64,000 bases of DNA from a virus, in IMG/VR virus record IMGVR_UViG_3300046694_000202, positions 1 to 64,000 of that record, one strand, 5' to 3'. A program made the translations under genes and the position numbers. Under the pieces are notes generated by a model, which worked only from the letters and a program-made list of their open reading frames with translations, did not search any database and was not told the DNA's origin. Position 1 is the stretch's first letter, and the number at the start of each line of letters is the position of its first letter. Of the stretch, positions 29,058 through 39,372 are shown in pieces.

Positions 29058-31577
29058 CTAGACGGTGCTCAGCTGCTCTCCAGAAGGGGCTGCTTTCGTA
29101 TTCGACGACCCCGTCACGCCCGCAAGAATGAGATTTTCGTAGGTTATCTCCTGTCCCCCCATCTCCGTGCCTCTGATTGAAAGCTTGAATCCGAACTCTG
29201 TAGCCAGCTCCCGCATCTTGGCTCTGAACTGAGTCGATCCAACAGGCCTGGCACTGCCCGGTCCTACGCAGAAGGACCAATATGCCTGATAGAGCTTCAC
29301 CTCCTGAACTGAGGTGAGGGTTGAAGTCTTCGCGCCAGCGGACGACGGATTTTGGAGAGGGGCTATCCGCACCTTGCCGCTCTCCATCAGAAAAAAACGT
29401 ACAGAATTGTTCAGATTCGCCACTTCACGCATTGTTTGCGCGTGCGACGCGGGAATCGTGTACTCGTTGCGCGCCCGCAGCCGGGGCATCGACTGCACCG
29501 CCCAAGCAACGATCGCTTCGCGCTCCTCAACCACGATCACATCACCGAGATCGAGCCTGCGCTCACTGGCCTTCACCGGACGGTTAAATTGGAGCACCAA
29601 CCATCGACGGTTAAATCCCTCGGATGTGTCCTCAGTCCTCGGATAATGGTTCGATGCGAACCAATGCGTGCAGACGGGGGAGAAACGGAAGATCTGTCCA
29701 CCCTTCAGCTGCCCTGACATCTCAGCTCCGTCGATGATGTCCTTGAATCTTTGGCCATCCACAGCCTTCTTTTCAGAAAGCTCACCCGCGACGTTGATGA
29801 TTTTCTCGAACATTTGGGTCGGCAGGAACTTGTCTGCCCACTCATTAGGCGGCACCGCTGCCCGAGCTGAGTCCGGAACCAGCGCTTGAGCGATCTTCAG
29901 CAGCTGTGATTTCCCAGATTTTGGGGCACCTTGCAGCAAAATCGCACGTTGATAGCGAGGTCCGAGGCCGAAAAGCGTGACCGCGAGGGCTTCCTGCAGA
30001 GCTGCGATCTTCTCCTCGCAGTCGTCATCATCACCCCAACTTTTCCGCAGAAACTCGAAAAACATGTCACTTTTACCCGCAGTTTCGGGCAAATACCGGA
30101 ACGGCAGCGTGTAAGTCATGCCATAACCGGAGTCGTGCGGCAGCAATTTCAGGTCTTCCGTGAGGAAACCATTGGCGAAATTCACGCCTTTCACGTCGAT
30201 CGTCTTGATGCCTTGGGTCAACAGCATCCGCATGACCGCGTAGACACCCTTCATGTCGTTGAACTTCTTGCACGCAGCCAGATGGCCGTAGTCGGAGCTG
30301 ATCTTCGACAGGATGAACTGGTCGTCGACCTTGTCCCAGTGTGACCCCGCCCACTTCCAGATGAAGCCATTGTGGGCACGGATGGCATACAGCGCCTCCA
30401 GATCCTTGATCGCCGCGCGTGCGATCTCCGACTGGTCCTGGCCCTTGATGTCGCCCATGCGCAGCTCTTTCACGCGCGAGCGCAACGTCCCCACCTTCAC
30501 GCCCATACCACCCGAGAGCGCGATGAACTCAAGCAACCGGTCCTCTTCGAGCTTATTGAGGTTCGACGTGGTCGCCACCTTGAAGAGCGCCTTGTCGATC
30601 GCAGCCGCGCGCTGCGGGCTGTCCTTCGGGAAGCGCTCGAACTCGTCGATCAGGAACGACTTCAAGTCCTCGAACGTGGCCTCTTCCTGCTCTTTCGAAA
30701 ACTCAAGACCATAGGCCTTCTTGTCTTCATCGGTCAGGCCCTCGTCCCAGCCAGTCGGCAACACCTTCGCCTTCTCAAACACGTCACGCTGCAGGAACTT
30801 GAGCATGTTGCGCACGTGCTTGTCGATATCGATCGGGTCTCCCGCGACGTTCTCGACGAAGTCCGCGGCGTAGGCCTGCAGCATCCCGATCGCTTCCTTC
30901 ACGCTCCGATCGCCGCGCATCACCGCGTACGCGAAGAGGCCCGCGCGCTCGGTCAGCGACGTGTCGCGCGAACCAGCGGATGCGTAATCGACCACGCGCG
31001 TCCAACCCGAGTGCGACAGCTCGACGCCGGCCTCGGTGAGCGCCGCGCGCAACATCGCCTCGATGTTGTCATCGAGCGGCACCAGATTCTTGTGAACGTC
31101 CACCAGATCGCAGTTCGCCAGATACGGCTGCATCGTGTCGGGGTGGATCGAGGGCGGCAGCACGGACTGCGTGCGCGCGGAGAGCATTTCGCAGATCGTC
31201 TGGCCGCTCGTGTTCTTGATCCGGAACGTCTTCAGGCCCGAGTAGCGGTAAGCGAGCATGAAGCCCTTCTTGCCGACGCGGCGCCACGGCGAGCGCGGCA
31301 GCAGCTGCTCGATGACGTTCATCAGCTTCACGTCTTCCGTGTCGATGTCCATCATCACGATGCCGGACTGCGGCCCGAGCACGATGCCGATGTTCCCGTC
31401 GCGGCACGACTCAATCCACTGTGCCTGCTGCTCGGGTTCGACCGGATGATCGAAATAGCGCGACCAGTCGTTCGGGACTGGCTTCTTTTCCATCGGATAA
31501 AGCGGGATCACTGGCAGGCCCGCCGCGTAATAGCGCGGCGCTGTCAGTGCAAAGATAGGTTGGCGTTCGGCTTTCAT
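29058..31577 (-). CDS. Bifunctional primase-polymerase fused to a D5-like SF3 helicase
   Basis: N-terminal VIPL...KKP...NIGIVLGPQSGIVMMDID...VLPPSIHPDT (Prim-Pol); C-terminal Walker A GAPKSGKS, FASNHYP, GFNRRW. Confidence 0.9.
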   Translation of the reverse strand: MKAERQPIFALTAPRYYAAGLPVIPLYPMEKKPVPNDWSRYFDHPVEPEQQAQWIESCRDGNIGIVLGPQSGIVMMDIDTEDVKLMNVIEQLLPRSPWRRVGKKGFMLAYRYSGLKTFRIKNTSGQTICEMLSARTQSVLPPSIHPDTMQPYLANCDLVDVHKNLVPLDDNIEAMLRAALTEAGVELSHSGWTRVVDYASAGSRDTSLTERAGLFAYAVMRGDRSVKEAIGMLQAYAADFVENVAGDPIDIDKHVRNMLKFLQRDVFEKAKVLPTGWDEGLTDEDKKAYGLEFSKEQEEATFEDLKSFLIDEFERFPKDSPQRAAAIDKALFKVATTSNLNKLEEDRLLEFIALSGGMGVKVGTLRSRVKELRMGDIKGQDQSEIARAAIKDLEALYAIRAHNGFIWKWAGSHWDKVDDQFILSKISSDYGHLAACKKFNDMKGVYAVMRMLLTQGIKTIDVKGVNFANGFLTEDLKLLPHDSGYGMTYTLPFRYLPETAGKSDMFFEFLRKSWGDDDDCEEKIAALQEALAVTLFGLGPRYQRAILLQGAPKSGKSQLLKIAQALVPDSARAAVPPNEWADKFLPTQMFEKIINVAGELSEKKAVDGQRFKDIIDGAEMSGQLKGGQIFRFSPVCTHWFASNHYPRTEDTSEGFNRRWLVLQFNRPVKASERRLDLGDVIVVEEREAIVAWAVQSMPRLRARNEYTIPASHAQTMREVANLNNSVRFFLMESGKVRIAPLQNPSSAGAKTSTLTSVQEVKLYQAYWSFCVGPGSARPVGSTQFRAKMRELATEFGFKLSIRGTEMGGQEITYENLILAGVTGSSNTKAAPSGEQLSTV

Positions 31578-32119
31578 GCGTTTTCGTCGGTGGTGGTAGC
31601 AGTCGCGCCATCGTCGGACATGTCCTGACGGGCCAGGGCGCTTCTAAGTCGATCCATTACCTCGGTGCGCTGGTCAGGCGTCATCGAGTCCTCCATGATC
31701 GCGAGCACGGTGTCCTGGAAGCCCTTGATCTGCTTGACTCCCAGTGCTCGCTCTCGCGCCGTCACAAGCCGTTCGAGAAGACTGGTCGCCGTGCGGAAAT
31801 ACGCCATGCGCTCAGTTTGATCCGACTTCCCGATCGTCTTGCCATAATCTTTCAGCTCTTGAAACACGCCGTATAGATCCTCAGCCAGCGTGTTGTCGAT
31901 CTCATCCTCTGAAATCGGGGATGACTCTGTATTTTCCTGCTTGTTCTCGCTCGTATCGAGCCTCATCCAGATCGAGTCCTGGATCAACTTCTTGAGTTGA
32001 TCGTCATAAGGACAATCCGGACTCTTAAGGTAATTGCTGTCCTCACGAGCCAACGTGACGACTGTCTTGAAGGCCCACTGCGCGTGGTCCGTGATATCCG
32101 GATAGTGGTACTCGCTCAT
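31574..32119 (-). CDS. Hypothetical helical protein; candidate terminase small subunit
   Basis: ATG 32119; divergent from terL; no other TerS candidate seen; assignment positional only. Confidence 0.4.
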   Translation of the reverse strand: MSEYHYPDITDHAQWAFKTVVTLAREDSNYLKSPDCPYDDQLKKLIQDSIWMRLDTSENKQENTESSPISEDEIDNTLAEDLYGVFQELKDYGKTIGKSDQTERMAYFRTATSLLERLVTARERALGVKQIKGFQDTVLAIMEDSMTPDQRTEVMDRLRSALARQDMSDDGATATTTDENA

Positions 32120-32284
32120 GCTGTGCCTCTTTGAAAGAGGGCAAGAATAGCGTCTGTTGTCCCACATAAAAAAGGAAATCAACACAACTATCAGATAAAG
32201 GACCGTAAATATCGTCTAGTCAGTTTTCCTTTGTGTTGCGCGCACGCGTCATCGAGAATAGCGCCTGTCCAACGGCCTGCCCTC

Positions 32285-34081
32285 ATGAGCAACCAGTACC
32301 TCCAATCTCTCCTCGATCGCGCCGCAAGTCGCTGGTCTACCGACCGGGCGTCGATGACCTATGGGGATTGGATGTGCGAGAACACCCATCTCGCCGACCG
32401 GCCGTTCAGCTTCAAACGGTACCCGTTCCAGAAGCAGATCGCCGACGACATGCATCCGAACATGGACGTGGTCAAGCCATCGCAGGTCGGCCTGACCGAG
32501 CTGCAGATCCGCAAGGTGCTCGCGTTCATCTCGCGCAATCGCGGCGTGTCGGTCATCTACACGCTGCCCGACGAGAAGATGATGGAGCGGATCGCGGCGG
32601 GCCGGATCCGCCCGATCGTCGACGAAGAGAAGGTCTTCAACCTCGAATCCATCGGCAGTGGCAAGCCCACGCGCACGAAGGAAATGATCCAGGTCGGCAA
32701 GAGCTTCCTCTACGTGACCGCTGCCGGCGAAGGCGCCGCGACCTCGATCTCGGCCGACATGGTGGTCAACGACGAAGTCGACTTGACCGATCAGGCGATC
32801 CTCGCGCTCTTCAGCTCGCGCTTGCAGGGTTCCGACTACCGGATCGCGCACCGCTTCTCGACCCCGACGTTCGAGGACTTCGGCATCGACCAGACGTTCA
32901 AGGTGAGCGACCAGCACCAGTACATGCTGAAGTGCTCGCACTGCAACCACTGGCAGACGCCGGACTTCAACAAGACGTTCGTGCAGCTCCCCGGCCTCGG
33001 CGACCTGGAGTTCGAGGAGATCGAGCAAGGGATGATCGACGAAGGCCGCATCGACCTCGATCTCGCGACGGTCAACTGCGAGCACTGCGGTGGGCTGCTG
33101 GATCTCGGCGACCACGAGCGCCGCGAGTGGGTGGCCAAGTTCCCGAACCGCAAGCACGCGCGCGGCTATCAGGTGCTCCCCTTCTCCACCGAGCGCCTGA
33201 ACCCGAAGTACATCATCACCCAGCTCTTCATGTACAAGCGCAAGGACTTCTTGCGGGGCTGGTACAACACCGTGCTCGGGCGCTCACACACAGGTGGCGA
33301 CCAGCGGCTGTCGGACGCCGACATCGCCGCGGCTTTCACCGAGCACGCGCTCAAGCAGCCGCCGATCAATGGCCTGCCCGCGTGGATCGGCGTCGACATG
33401 GGCCAGACCTGCCACATCGTGGTCGGCCAAGGCTACGACGTGAGTTCGATCCACGTGCGCGAGTTCATCGCCGTACCGGTCGGGCGCCTCCTCGAAGAGC
33501 TGGGCCGCATCTGCGCGGAATACCGCGTGGTCGGCGGCGCCTGCGACCGCCACCCGTACACGCCGACCTCCGAGGCCGCGCGCGACGTGACCTATCGCCG
33601 CGTGCTGCCGAACGAATATCGCGGCGCGAAAGAGATCAACCTCGTCAAAGACCCGACTGGCCAGATCCTGTACATGCAATCGAACCGCACGATGCTGCTC
33701 GACGAGGTCGCGCGCGCCATCCGCTTGCGCAAGATCAAGTTCTCGGGCTACGGCACGCAGCGCGCGGTGATCGTCGAGCACCTGAAGGACATGGTTCGGA
33801 ACGAGGAGCCGGAAAAGGAAGCCGAGTGGAAGAAGCTCAACGGCAACGACCACTACTTCCACGCCATCGGCTTCCTGTTGAGCGCCGTGAAGCTGCACAC
33901 GACGAACGCCTCGGCGCTCTTCGGCGGCGAAGTGCGCAGCGTCATCGCCATTGCTGGCGCTGACATCGGATTCAACTCGACTCCGGGACTGGTTCAGACG
34001 GCGAAGCCGAAGCAAAACCCCGGTGACACTCAACTACGACAGCTCTATGGCCACTCCCAAAACAGCATCTTCCACTTCTAA
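32285..34081 (+). CDS. terL: Terminase large subunit, GpA (lambda gpA-like) family
   Basis: YPFQ, KPSQVGLTE Walker A variant, NDEVD Walker B, STPT coupling motif, CSHC/CEHC zinc finger, GVDMG nuclease motif, NDHYFH. Confidence 0.92.
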   Translation: MSNQYLQSLLDRAASRWSTDRASMTYGDWMCENTHLADRPFSFKRYPFQKQIADDMHPNMDVVKPSQVGLTELQIRKVLAFISRNRGVSVIYTLPDEKMMERIAAGRIRPIVDEEKVFNLESIGSGKPTRTKEMIQVGKSFLYVTAAGEGAATSISADMVVNDEVDLTDQAILALFSSRLQGSDYRIAHRFSTPTFEDFGIDQTFKVSDQHQYMLKCSHCNHWQTPDFNKTFVQLPGLGDLEFEEIEQGMIDEGRIDLDLATVNCEHCGGLLDLGDHERREWVAKFPNRKHARGYQVLPFSTERLNPKYIITQLFMYKRKDFLRGWYNTVLGRSHTGGDQRLSDADIAAAFTEHALKQPPINGLPAWIGVDMGQTCHIVVGQGYDVSSIHVREFIAVPVGRLLEELGRICAEYRVVGGACDRHPYTPTSEAARDVTYRRVLPNEYRGAKEINLVKDPTGQILYMQSNRTMLLDEVARAIRLRKIKFSGYGTQRAVIVEHLKDMVRNEEPEKEAEWKKLNGNDHYFHAIGFLLSAVKLHTTNASALFGGEVRSVIAIAGADIGFNSTPGLVQTAKPKQNPGDTQLRQLYGHSQNSIFHF

Positions 34082-35645
34082 GGGCATCGGCGGCGCCATC
34101 AGTTCGGCGCTCGCGATCATCCTTCCGCGCACGAAGGGAGCTGGGAAAGGCTCGTCGATGCCGGGGACGTACAACCCGAGCGCGCCCGAGCAGATCCTCT
34201 CGCTGCCAACCTACCGCGAGCACCTGACCGACATCTTCACGACGCGCTCGGCGAACGACTCGCGCACGTTGATCAAGAGCCTGTTCACGCAGGATCCGGA
34301 CATGTCGGCGGCGGTGAACGCGTACCTGACGGTGGCCAACACCGATATGGTCGCGGTCGTCCGTGACGTGAACGGGATGATCGACCGCGAGGGGCAGAAG
34401 CTCCTGAACGCGGCGATGGAAGCCTACGACACCCGCTTCGACTATTCGAAGGGGTTCGACCTGCGCCCGTCGTGGAAGGAGCTGGCCGAGAACTTCCGCT
34501 ACCTGCTGCTCGCGGGCGGCACGCTGCCGGTCGAAATGGTGCTCTCGAAGACCTTCGCGCCGCAGGAGTTCCGGATGATCGATCCGGTCACGCTCAACTG
34601 GAAGCAGACGCAACCGGGCGTGTTCGCGCCGATCCAGAAGACGACGAGCGGCGAAATCATTGACTTGAACATCCCTACGTTCTTCGTCAAGTTCTTTCGT
34701 CGTGACCCAACCAATCTGTACACCTACTCACCTTTCGTTTCGACGATCAACACCATCGCCGCGCGACAACAAGTCATCAACGACCTGTATCGCATCATGC
34801 AGCTGACGGGTTATCCCCGTATGGAGATCGTTGTAGTCGAAGAAGTCGTGACTCGTAATGCTCCGCTTGAGATCAAGGCGGATCAGGAGAAGCTTCAAGC
34901 GTACGTGCAGCAGGTTCTCGCCTCGATCAGCTCGTCTGTCGCCAACATCCGGCCGGATCAAGCGTTCGTCCACACCGATGCTGCTGAAGTGAAGATGACG
35001 AACGAGAAGAACCCAGGCATGGCCCTGGACATCTCGAAGATCATCGACACGCTCAACTCGCAGAACCAGGCGGGCCTGCGGATCATGGGCACGATCATCG
35101 GTCGGGGCAACGCGGGTGTGAATACGGCCTCCGTCGAGGCGCGCATTTTCTCGATGATCGCCGAAGAGCTGAACCAGCCGATCGCCGACCTCTTCTCCGA
35201 CATGCTGACACTGGCCATCCGCCTGCAAGGCTCGCAGTCGTCCGTGTCCGTGAAGTTCAAGCCCGTCGAGCTGCGGCCGGCGACCGAACTCGAACCGCAG
35301 TTCACGATGCGTCAAGCGCGCCTGAAGGCTGACCTGTCGCTCGGCATCATCGACGACGACGAATACCACCTTGAGATGTACGGCCGCTTGCGTCCGGACA
35401 GCGCACCAATCCTCACCGGCACGAACTTCATGCCAGGGACCAACGCGCAGGCTCAAGCCCAGCTTGATCAGCAAACCGCCGCGGCGAGCGCGGCTGTGGG
35501 CGATCAGAACAACTCGAACAGCACGACGAGCAAGAACAATCCGTCGTCGAACGCGAAGAAGGTCTCGCCCAATTCTGACCCGATGGGACGCTCGCTTTCA
35601 CCGAGTGGTTCGAAGTCCGCATCAAGCAACGGTGTGAAGCCTTAA
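34047..35645 (+). CDS. Portal protein
   Basis: About 530 aa directly after terL; ATG 34047; low-complexity C-terminal tail. Confidence 0.75.
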   Translation: MATPKTASSTSKGIGGAISSALAIILPRTKGAGKGSSMPGTYNPSAPEQILSLPTYREHLTDIFTTRSANDSRTLIKSLFTQDPDMSAAVNAYLTVANTDMVAVVRDVNGMIDREGQKLLNAAMEAYDTRFDYSKGFDLRPSWKELAENFRYLLLAGGTLPVEMVLSKTFAPQEFRMIDPVTLNWKQTQPGVFAPIQKTTSGEIIDLNIPTFFVKFFRRDPTNLYTYSPFVSTINTIAARQQVINDLYRIMQLTGYPRMEIVVVEEVVTRNAPLEIKADQEKLQAYVQQVLASISSSVANIRPDQAFVHTDAAEVKMTNEKNPGMALDISKIIDTLNSQNQAGLRIMGTIIGRGNAGVNTASVEARIFSMIAEELNQPIADLFSDMLTLAIRLQGSQSSVSVKFKPVELRPATELEPQFTMRQARLKADLSLGIIDDDEYHLEMYGRLRPDSAPILTGTNFMPGTNAQAQAQLDQQTAAASAAVGDQNNSNSTTSKNNPSSNAKKVSPNSDPMGRSLSPSGSKSASSNGVKP

Positions 35646-35652
35646 AAACTCT

Positions 35653-35690
35653 TTGACTCTCGTGTAGCCCGTCGAAATAATACGGGCTAC
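35653..35690 (+). promoter_or_regulatory. Sigma70-like promoter overlapped by an inverted repeat
   Basis: TTGACT-17-AATAAT; GTAGCCCGT...ACGGGCTAC flanks the -10. Confidence 0.5.
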
Positions 35691-35722
35691 TTAAACCAGC
35701 CCGTCTCAACAGCACCACCACC

Positions 35723-36856
35723 ATGCCGAAGAGCGTAGTCATCACACCGAGGATTCAAGCCCTCATCGCCCAGAACAACGGCGGGGAGTCGGTCGATCTG
35801 AATTCGATCGGGGTGTTCGAGGCGTCGGTGCTGAACACGCGCGCGCTGTCGAAGCCGGGATCGATTTTCGACAAGGGTCAAGTGAGCGTTGCGACGCTCA
35901 ACGAGATGGCGACGTACCTGAATAGCGGTGGATTCGTCCCGCTCCAGACGTTGCACCCGATGGGTGACGAGCTGCCGATCGGCCGCTTCTTCCACGGCCA
36001 AGTCATGCCGTCCACGCTCGGCGACGGTTCGAGCGAGCTGGTTTGCCTCTTCTACCTGCCGAAGTCCGATGCGAACTTCGAGAAGCTGGATCAGGGAATC
36101 ATCGACGAAGTCAGCGTCGGTGTTGTGGCTCAGCACCTGAACTGCTCCCAGTGCAACTGGGATTTCATGGGCGCGGACGCGACCACTGAGAACTTCTGGG
36201 ACCGCACGTGCGCCAACGGCCACGTGCTCGGCGTCGACGGCGTCCACCTTGCCCTCAACGGCCTCGACCGCTGGACGGAAACGTCGCTGGTCTCGAAGGG
36301 CGCCGCGAACAACGCAAAGATTCTGGGGCGCGCGAAGCAGCGCCTTGGACAAGAGCAGTACGACCGCTTGGCAGCTTCGGGCGTTGCACCCGAGCAGAAA
36401 ATGTTGATTGCCACCACCACAGATACCCCTCGGAGCCTGAAGATGGACAAGGAATTGAAAGAACTGATCGAGCAAGCCGCCGAACTCAAGGCCGATGCAA
36501 AGCATCACGGCCTCGTGCTGACGGCCAAGGACACGGAAATCACCGCGCTCAAGGCATCGGTCGAAGCGAAGGACGCAGAGATCGCCACGCTCAAGGCTGG
36601 CACGGAGCTGGCAGCAGCGACCGCCCAGCTGGCTGCAGTTCAAGGTCAAGTCACCACGCTGACCGAAGCAAAAGACACCGCCGAAACCGCGCTGACAGCT
36701 GCACAAGCTGAACTCGCGACGGCTCAAGCGCAGATCGCAACGCTGCAAGCAGGCGCCGGCAACGGTGGCAAGGCTCAAGGCGCGGCGAATGCAGACGTGA
36801 AGCTCGGACAAGCCTCGCCGTCGTCGGCGTTCAAGGCTGCACCGCGCGCACGCTAA
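35723..36856 (+). CDS. Prohead protease / scaffold protein
   Basis: H...LPIGR, EVSVG, C..C, ETSLV..GA pattern followed by an Ala-rich coiled coil. Confidence 0.75.
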   Translation: MPKSVVITPRIQALIAQNNGGESVDLNSIGVFEASVLNTRALSKPGSIFDKGQVSVATLNEMATYLNSGGFVPLQTLHPMGDELPIGRFFHGQVMPSTLGDGSSELVCLFYLPKSDANFEKLDQGIIDEVSVGVVAQHLNCSQCNWDFMGADATTENFWDRTCANGHVLGVDGVHLALNGLDRWTETSLVSKGAANNAKILGRAKQRLGQEQYDRLAASGVAPEQKMLIATTTDTPRSLKMDKELKELIEQAAELKADAKHHGLVLTAKDTEITALKASVEAKDAEIATLKAGTELAAATAQLAAVQGQVTTLTEAKDTAETALTAAQAELATAQAQIATLQAGAGNGGKAQGAANADVKLGQASPSSAFKAAPRAR

Positions 36857-36877
36857 TCCGCAACCCGAGAGGAAAGA

Positions 36878-37282
36878 ATGGCAAACGTAATTGGTAATGG
36901 CGTAAGTCTCCGTGGTCTCTACCATGACGACTTCCAATACCCGTTCCTGCTCGCCGCTGGTATCACCAAGGCCGATCAAGGCAAAGCCGTTGCTCTCGAT
37001 GCGACGGCTGCGAACACGGTGAAGCTGGCTGGCGACGGAGACCGGATCATTGGTCGGCTGGAAGTGGTTGAAAACCGCGTTCAGGAAGGCATCAACATCG
37101 GCACGGTCTCGATTCAAGGTGGTCTCGACTACCCGGTCAAGGTCGGCGAAGCGCTCGTCAACGGCGATAGCCTCGTCGGTTCGGCGGGTGGTCTCGTCAA
37201 GAAGGCCGGCGCAGGCGTGCTCACGAACTGGGTGGTCGTTCAGGTTCTCACGAACGGCAACGCAGTCGCGATCAAAGGCTAA
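36878..37282 (+). CDS. Head decoration (cement) protein
   Basis: 134 aa, Gly/Ala/Val-rich, between scaffold and major capsid genes. Confidence 0.7.
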   Translation: MANVIGNGVSLRGLYHDDFQYPFLLAAGITKADQGKAVALDATAANTVKLAGDGDRIIGRLEVVENRVQEGINIGTVSIQGGLDYPVKVGEALVNGDSLVGSAGGLVKKAGAGVLTNWVVVQVLTNGNAVAIKG

Positions 37283-37353
37283 AGAAGCTCCGCAGCCCTG
37301 TCCACCACCAGGGCTGTTGAGCGGTTTCACAACACCACCACACGGATCAGAAC

Positions 37354-38541
37354 ATGCCCGATTTGATTGATATCAAGCGCGAAGCGCCTGAAGCAGTCCT
37401 CAGCAACCTGCGTCCCGCAGATGCTTCGGACCAAGGCAAGTCGGTGGATGCAGGCAAGCGCCTCATCCGCCTCGCTGCCGACGCAGGCCTCGGTCTGCGC
37501 GACTACCTCACGCTGGCGATCGACCCGCGTAAGGCCGCGGAACCCGCTCGCTACGATGGCCTCAACGGCTACGAAGCAGCTCTCTCGTACCTGAACCTCC
37601 CGGTTCGTACGGACCTCGAAAACGGCGTGCTGCTGCAAGCTGCATCGGAAACGTTCCAAACGTATCCGGGCACGCGTGCGATGTTCCCGGAAGTGATGGA
37701 CGACGTGCTGCGCTGGCGCAACCGTCAGGACCAGCTCGAACAAGTCGCTCCGCTGCTCGCGCAATCGCGCACGATCAACGGCACCGAGATGATCTCGACG
37801 TTCGTCGACGACGACTCGGCAGAGCGCACGACGCACTCCGTCGCTGAATTCGGCCGCGTGCCGGTTCGCACGATCCGCACGTCGCAACAAACCGTGGGCA
37901 TCTTCAAGCACGGCTCGGGCTACCGTACCTCGTACGAGTTCAACCGCCGCGCTTCGCTCGACATCATGACGCCGTTCGCGTCGCGTGTCGGTCGCGAGCT
38001 GGAAATCTCGAAGGTCCGCGCAGCAACCAGCATCCTGATCAACGGTGACGGCGTCAACGCTGCAGCTCCGGTGGTCGGCGTGTCGGCATTCGGCGGCAAT
38101 CAAGCCAACGCGTTCTCGACGAACTACAAGGCTTTGGCCAAGTGGCTCATGAAGCGCGCGAAGGACGGCTACCCGATCGACACGATCGCAGGCAACTACG
38201 ACATGTTCGTGGAACTGCTGTTCATGTTCCAGCCGGTCACGAACCTCGGCTCGAACACGGACATCGAAGCGATGGTTGCGCACGGCACGCCGAAGATCAA
38301 CACGTCGCTGCCGATCCTCAACAAGTCGGTGAACTTCGTGCTGTCGAGCGGCGTCCCGGCTGGTCAGCTGATCGGCTTCACGAAGGGCGAAACGCTGGAA
38401 GAGCTGGTCGAAGCTGGTTCGAACATCGCTGAAAACGAGCGCTCGATCATCAACCAGTCCATCACCTACGTGCGTACCGAGAACACGGGCTACAAGCTCG
38501 CGTTTGGCGACACGCGTCAGATCCTGGACACCACGGCCTAA
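37354..38541 (+). CDS. Major capsid protein
   Basis: 395 aa; VAEFGRVP, K.G...SYE..RR pattern typical of HK97-fold capsids; highly biased codons; followed by a strong terminator. Confidence 0.85.
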   Translation: MPDLIDIKREAPEAVLSNLRPADASDQGKSVDAGKRLIRLAADAGLGLRDYLTLAIDPRKAAEPARYDGLNGYEAALSYLNLPVRTDLENGVLLQAASETFQTYPGTRAMFPEVMDDVLRWRNRQDQLEQVAPLLAQSRTINGTEMISTFVDDDSAERTTHSVAEFGRVPVRTIRTSQQTVGIFKHGSGYRTSYEFNRRASLDIMTPFASRVGRELEISKVRAATSILINGDGVNAAAPVVGVSAFGGNQANAFSTNYKALAKWLMKRAKDGYPIDTIAGNYDMFVELLFMFQPVTNLGSNTDIEAMVAHGTPKINTSLPILNKSVNFVLSSGVPAGQLIGFTKGETLEELVEAGSNIAENERSIINQSITYVRTENTGYKLAFGDTRQILDTTA

Positions 38542-38560
38542 CAGCCACTGGGTTGAGGTA

Positions 38561-38591
38561 AAGGCCCGCCCCGATCGGGCGGGCCTTTTTC
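38561..38591 (+). terminator. Intrinsic terminator after the capsid gene
   Basis: AAGGCCCGCCC-CGATC-GGGCGGGCCTTTTT. Confidence 0.85.
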
Positions 38592-38614
38592 GCACCTGCT
38601 CTGGACTCCTACAC

Positions 38615-38935
38615 ATGAAAGTCATCGCCATCACCACCGGCGCGTTCCAGCTGCTCGACTCGCTCACGGGCGACTTGATCTCTGCGTTCCGCCCGTCCGT
38701 CGTCGAGAAGACCTCGTTCCTGACCGCGCGCCACGCGATCGATCAGGTGAAGGTGCTCGCCGAAGTCGCGGACAGCGCAACCGACGACGAATTTGCCAAG
38801 CACTGGCACGAGGCCGGCAAAGACATCGACCTCGCCGTTCAGTCGTTCACCGCAATCCACAGCCTCGTTGCCGCGGCTGCACCGGAAGCCGACCCGGCCC
38901 CGGCGAAGAAGTCGGCGAAGAAAGCCACTGAATAA
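38615..38935 (+). CDS. Hypothetical protein in the head module
   Basis: ATG 38615; Lys/Ala-rich tail. Confidence 0.65.
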   Translation: MKVIAITTGAFQLLDSLTGDLISAFRPSVVEKTSFLTARHAIDQVKVLAEVADSATDDEFAKHWHEAGKDIDLAVQSFTAIHSLVAAAAPEADPAPAKKSAKKATE

Positions 38936-38946
38936 CCGGAGCCATC

Positions 38947-39360
38947 ATGGCAAACGATCTCAAGTACAGCCCCACGCTGAAGAACGCGCAGCAGGACGCA
39001 ATTACCGCCACGCTCGGCGCGAACGCTGTCCTCGAAATCTACAGCGGTTCAAAACCCGCTGGCCCGACGACCGCGATCGGCGCGCAAGTGCTGCTCGCCT
39101 CGCTGGCCTGCAACGCCACGTTCGCACCGGGTTCATCGAACGGCGTGCTGACGTTGAACAGCATCGCGAACGGCACGGGTACGGCCGGCGCTGCGGGCGG
39201 CACGGTCGCCACGTGGTTCCGTTTGAAGACCTCGGGCGGCACCGCGCACGTCGACGGTACGGTCGGCATCAGCGGCTGCGACCTGAATATCAACAACACG
39301 AACATCGCGACGGGTCAGACCGTTAGCGTCACGGGCTTCACGCTGGCTAACGCTAACTAA
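38947..39360 (+). CDS. Virion structural protein
   Basis: LEIYSG.KP....A.....LA...GTA.WFR......DG.VG..G.DL.....I..G..VS pattern; Gly/Thr/Ala-rich. Confidence 0.7.
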   Translation: MANDLKYSPTLKNAQQDAITATLGANAVLEIYSGSKPAGPTTAIGAQVLLASLACNATFAPGSSNGVLTLNSIANGTGTAGAAGGTVATWFRLKTSGGTAHVDGTVGISGCDLNINNTNIATGQTVSVTGFTLANAN

Positions 39361-39372
39361 GCGGGGTAGCAA

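Noticed and set aside
32233-33963. 576-aa alternative-frame ORF overlapping terL
   Set aside because: Arg/Pro-rich frameshifted reading of the terminase gene; the motif-bearing frame is 32285-34081.
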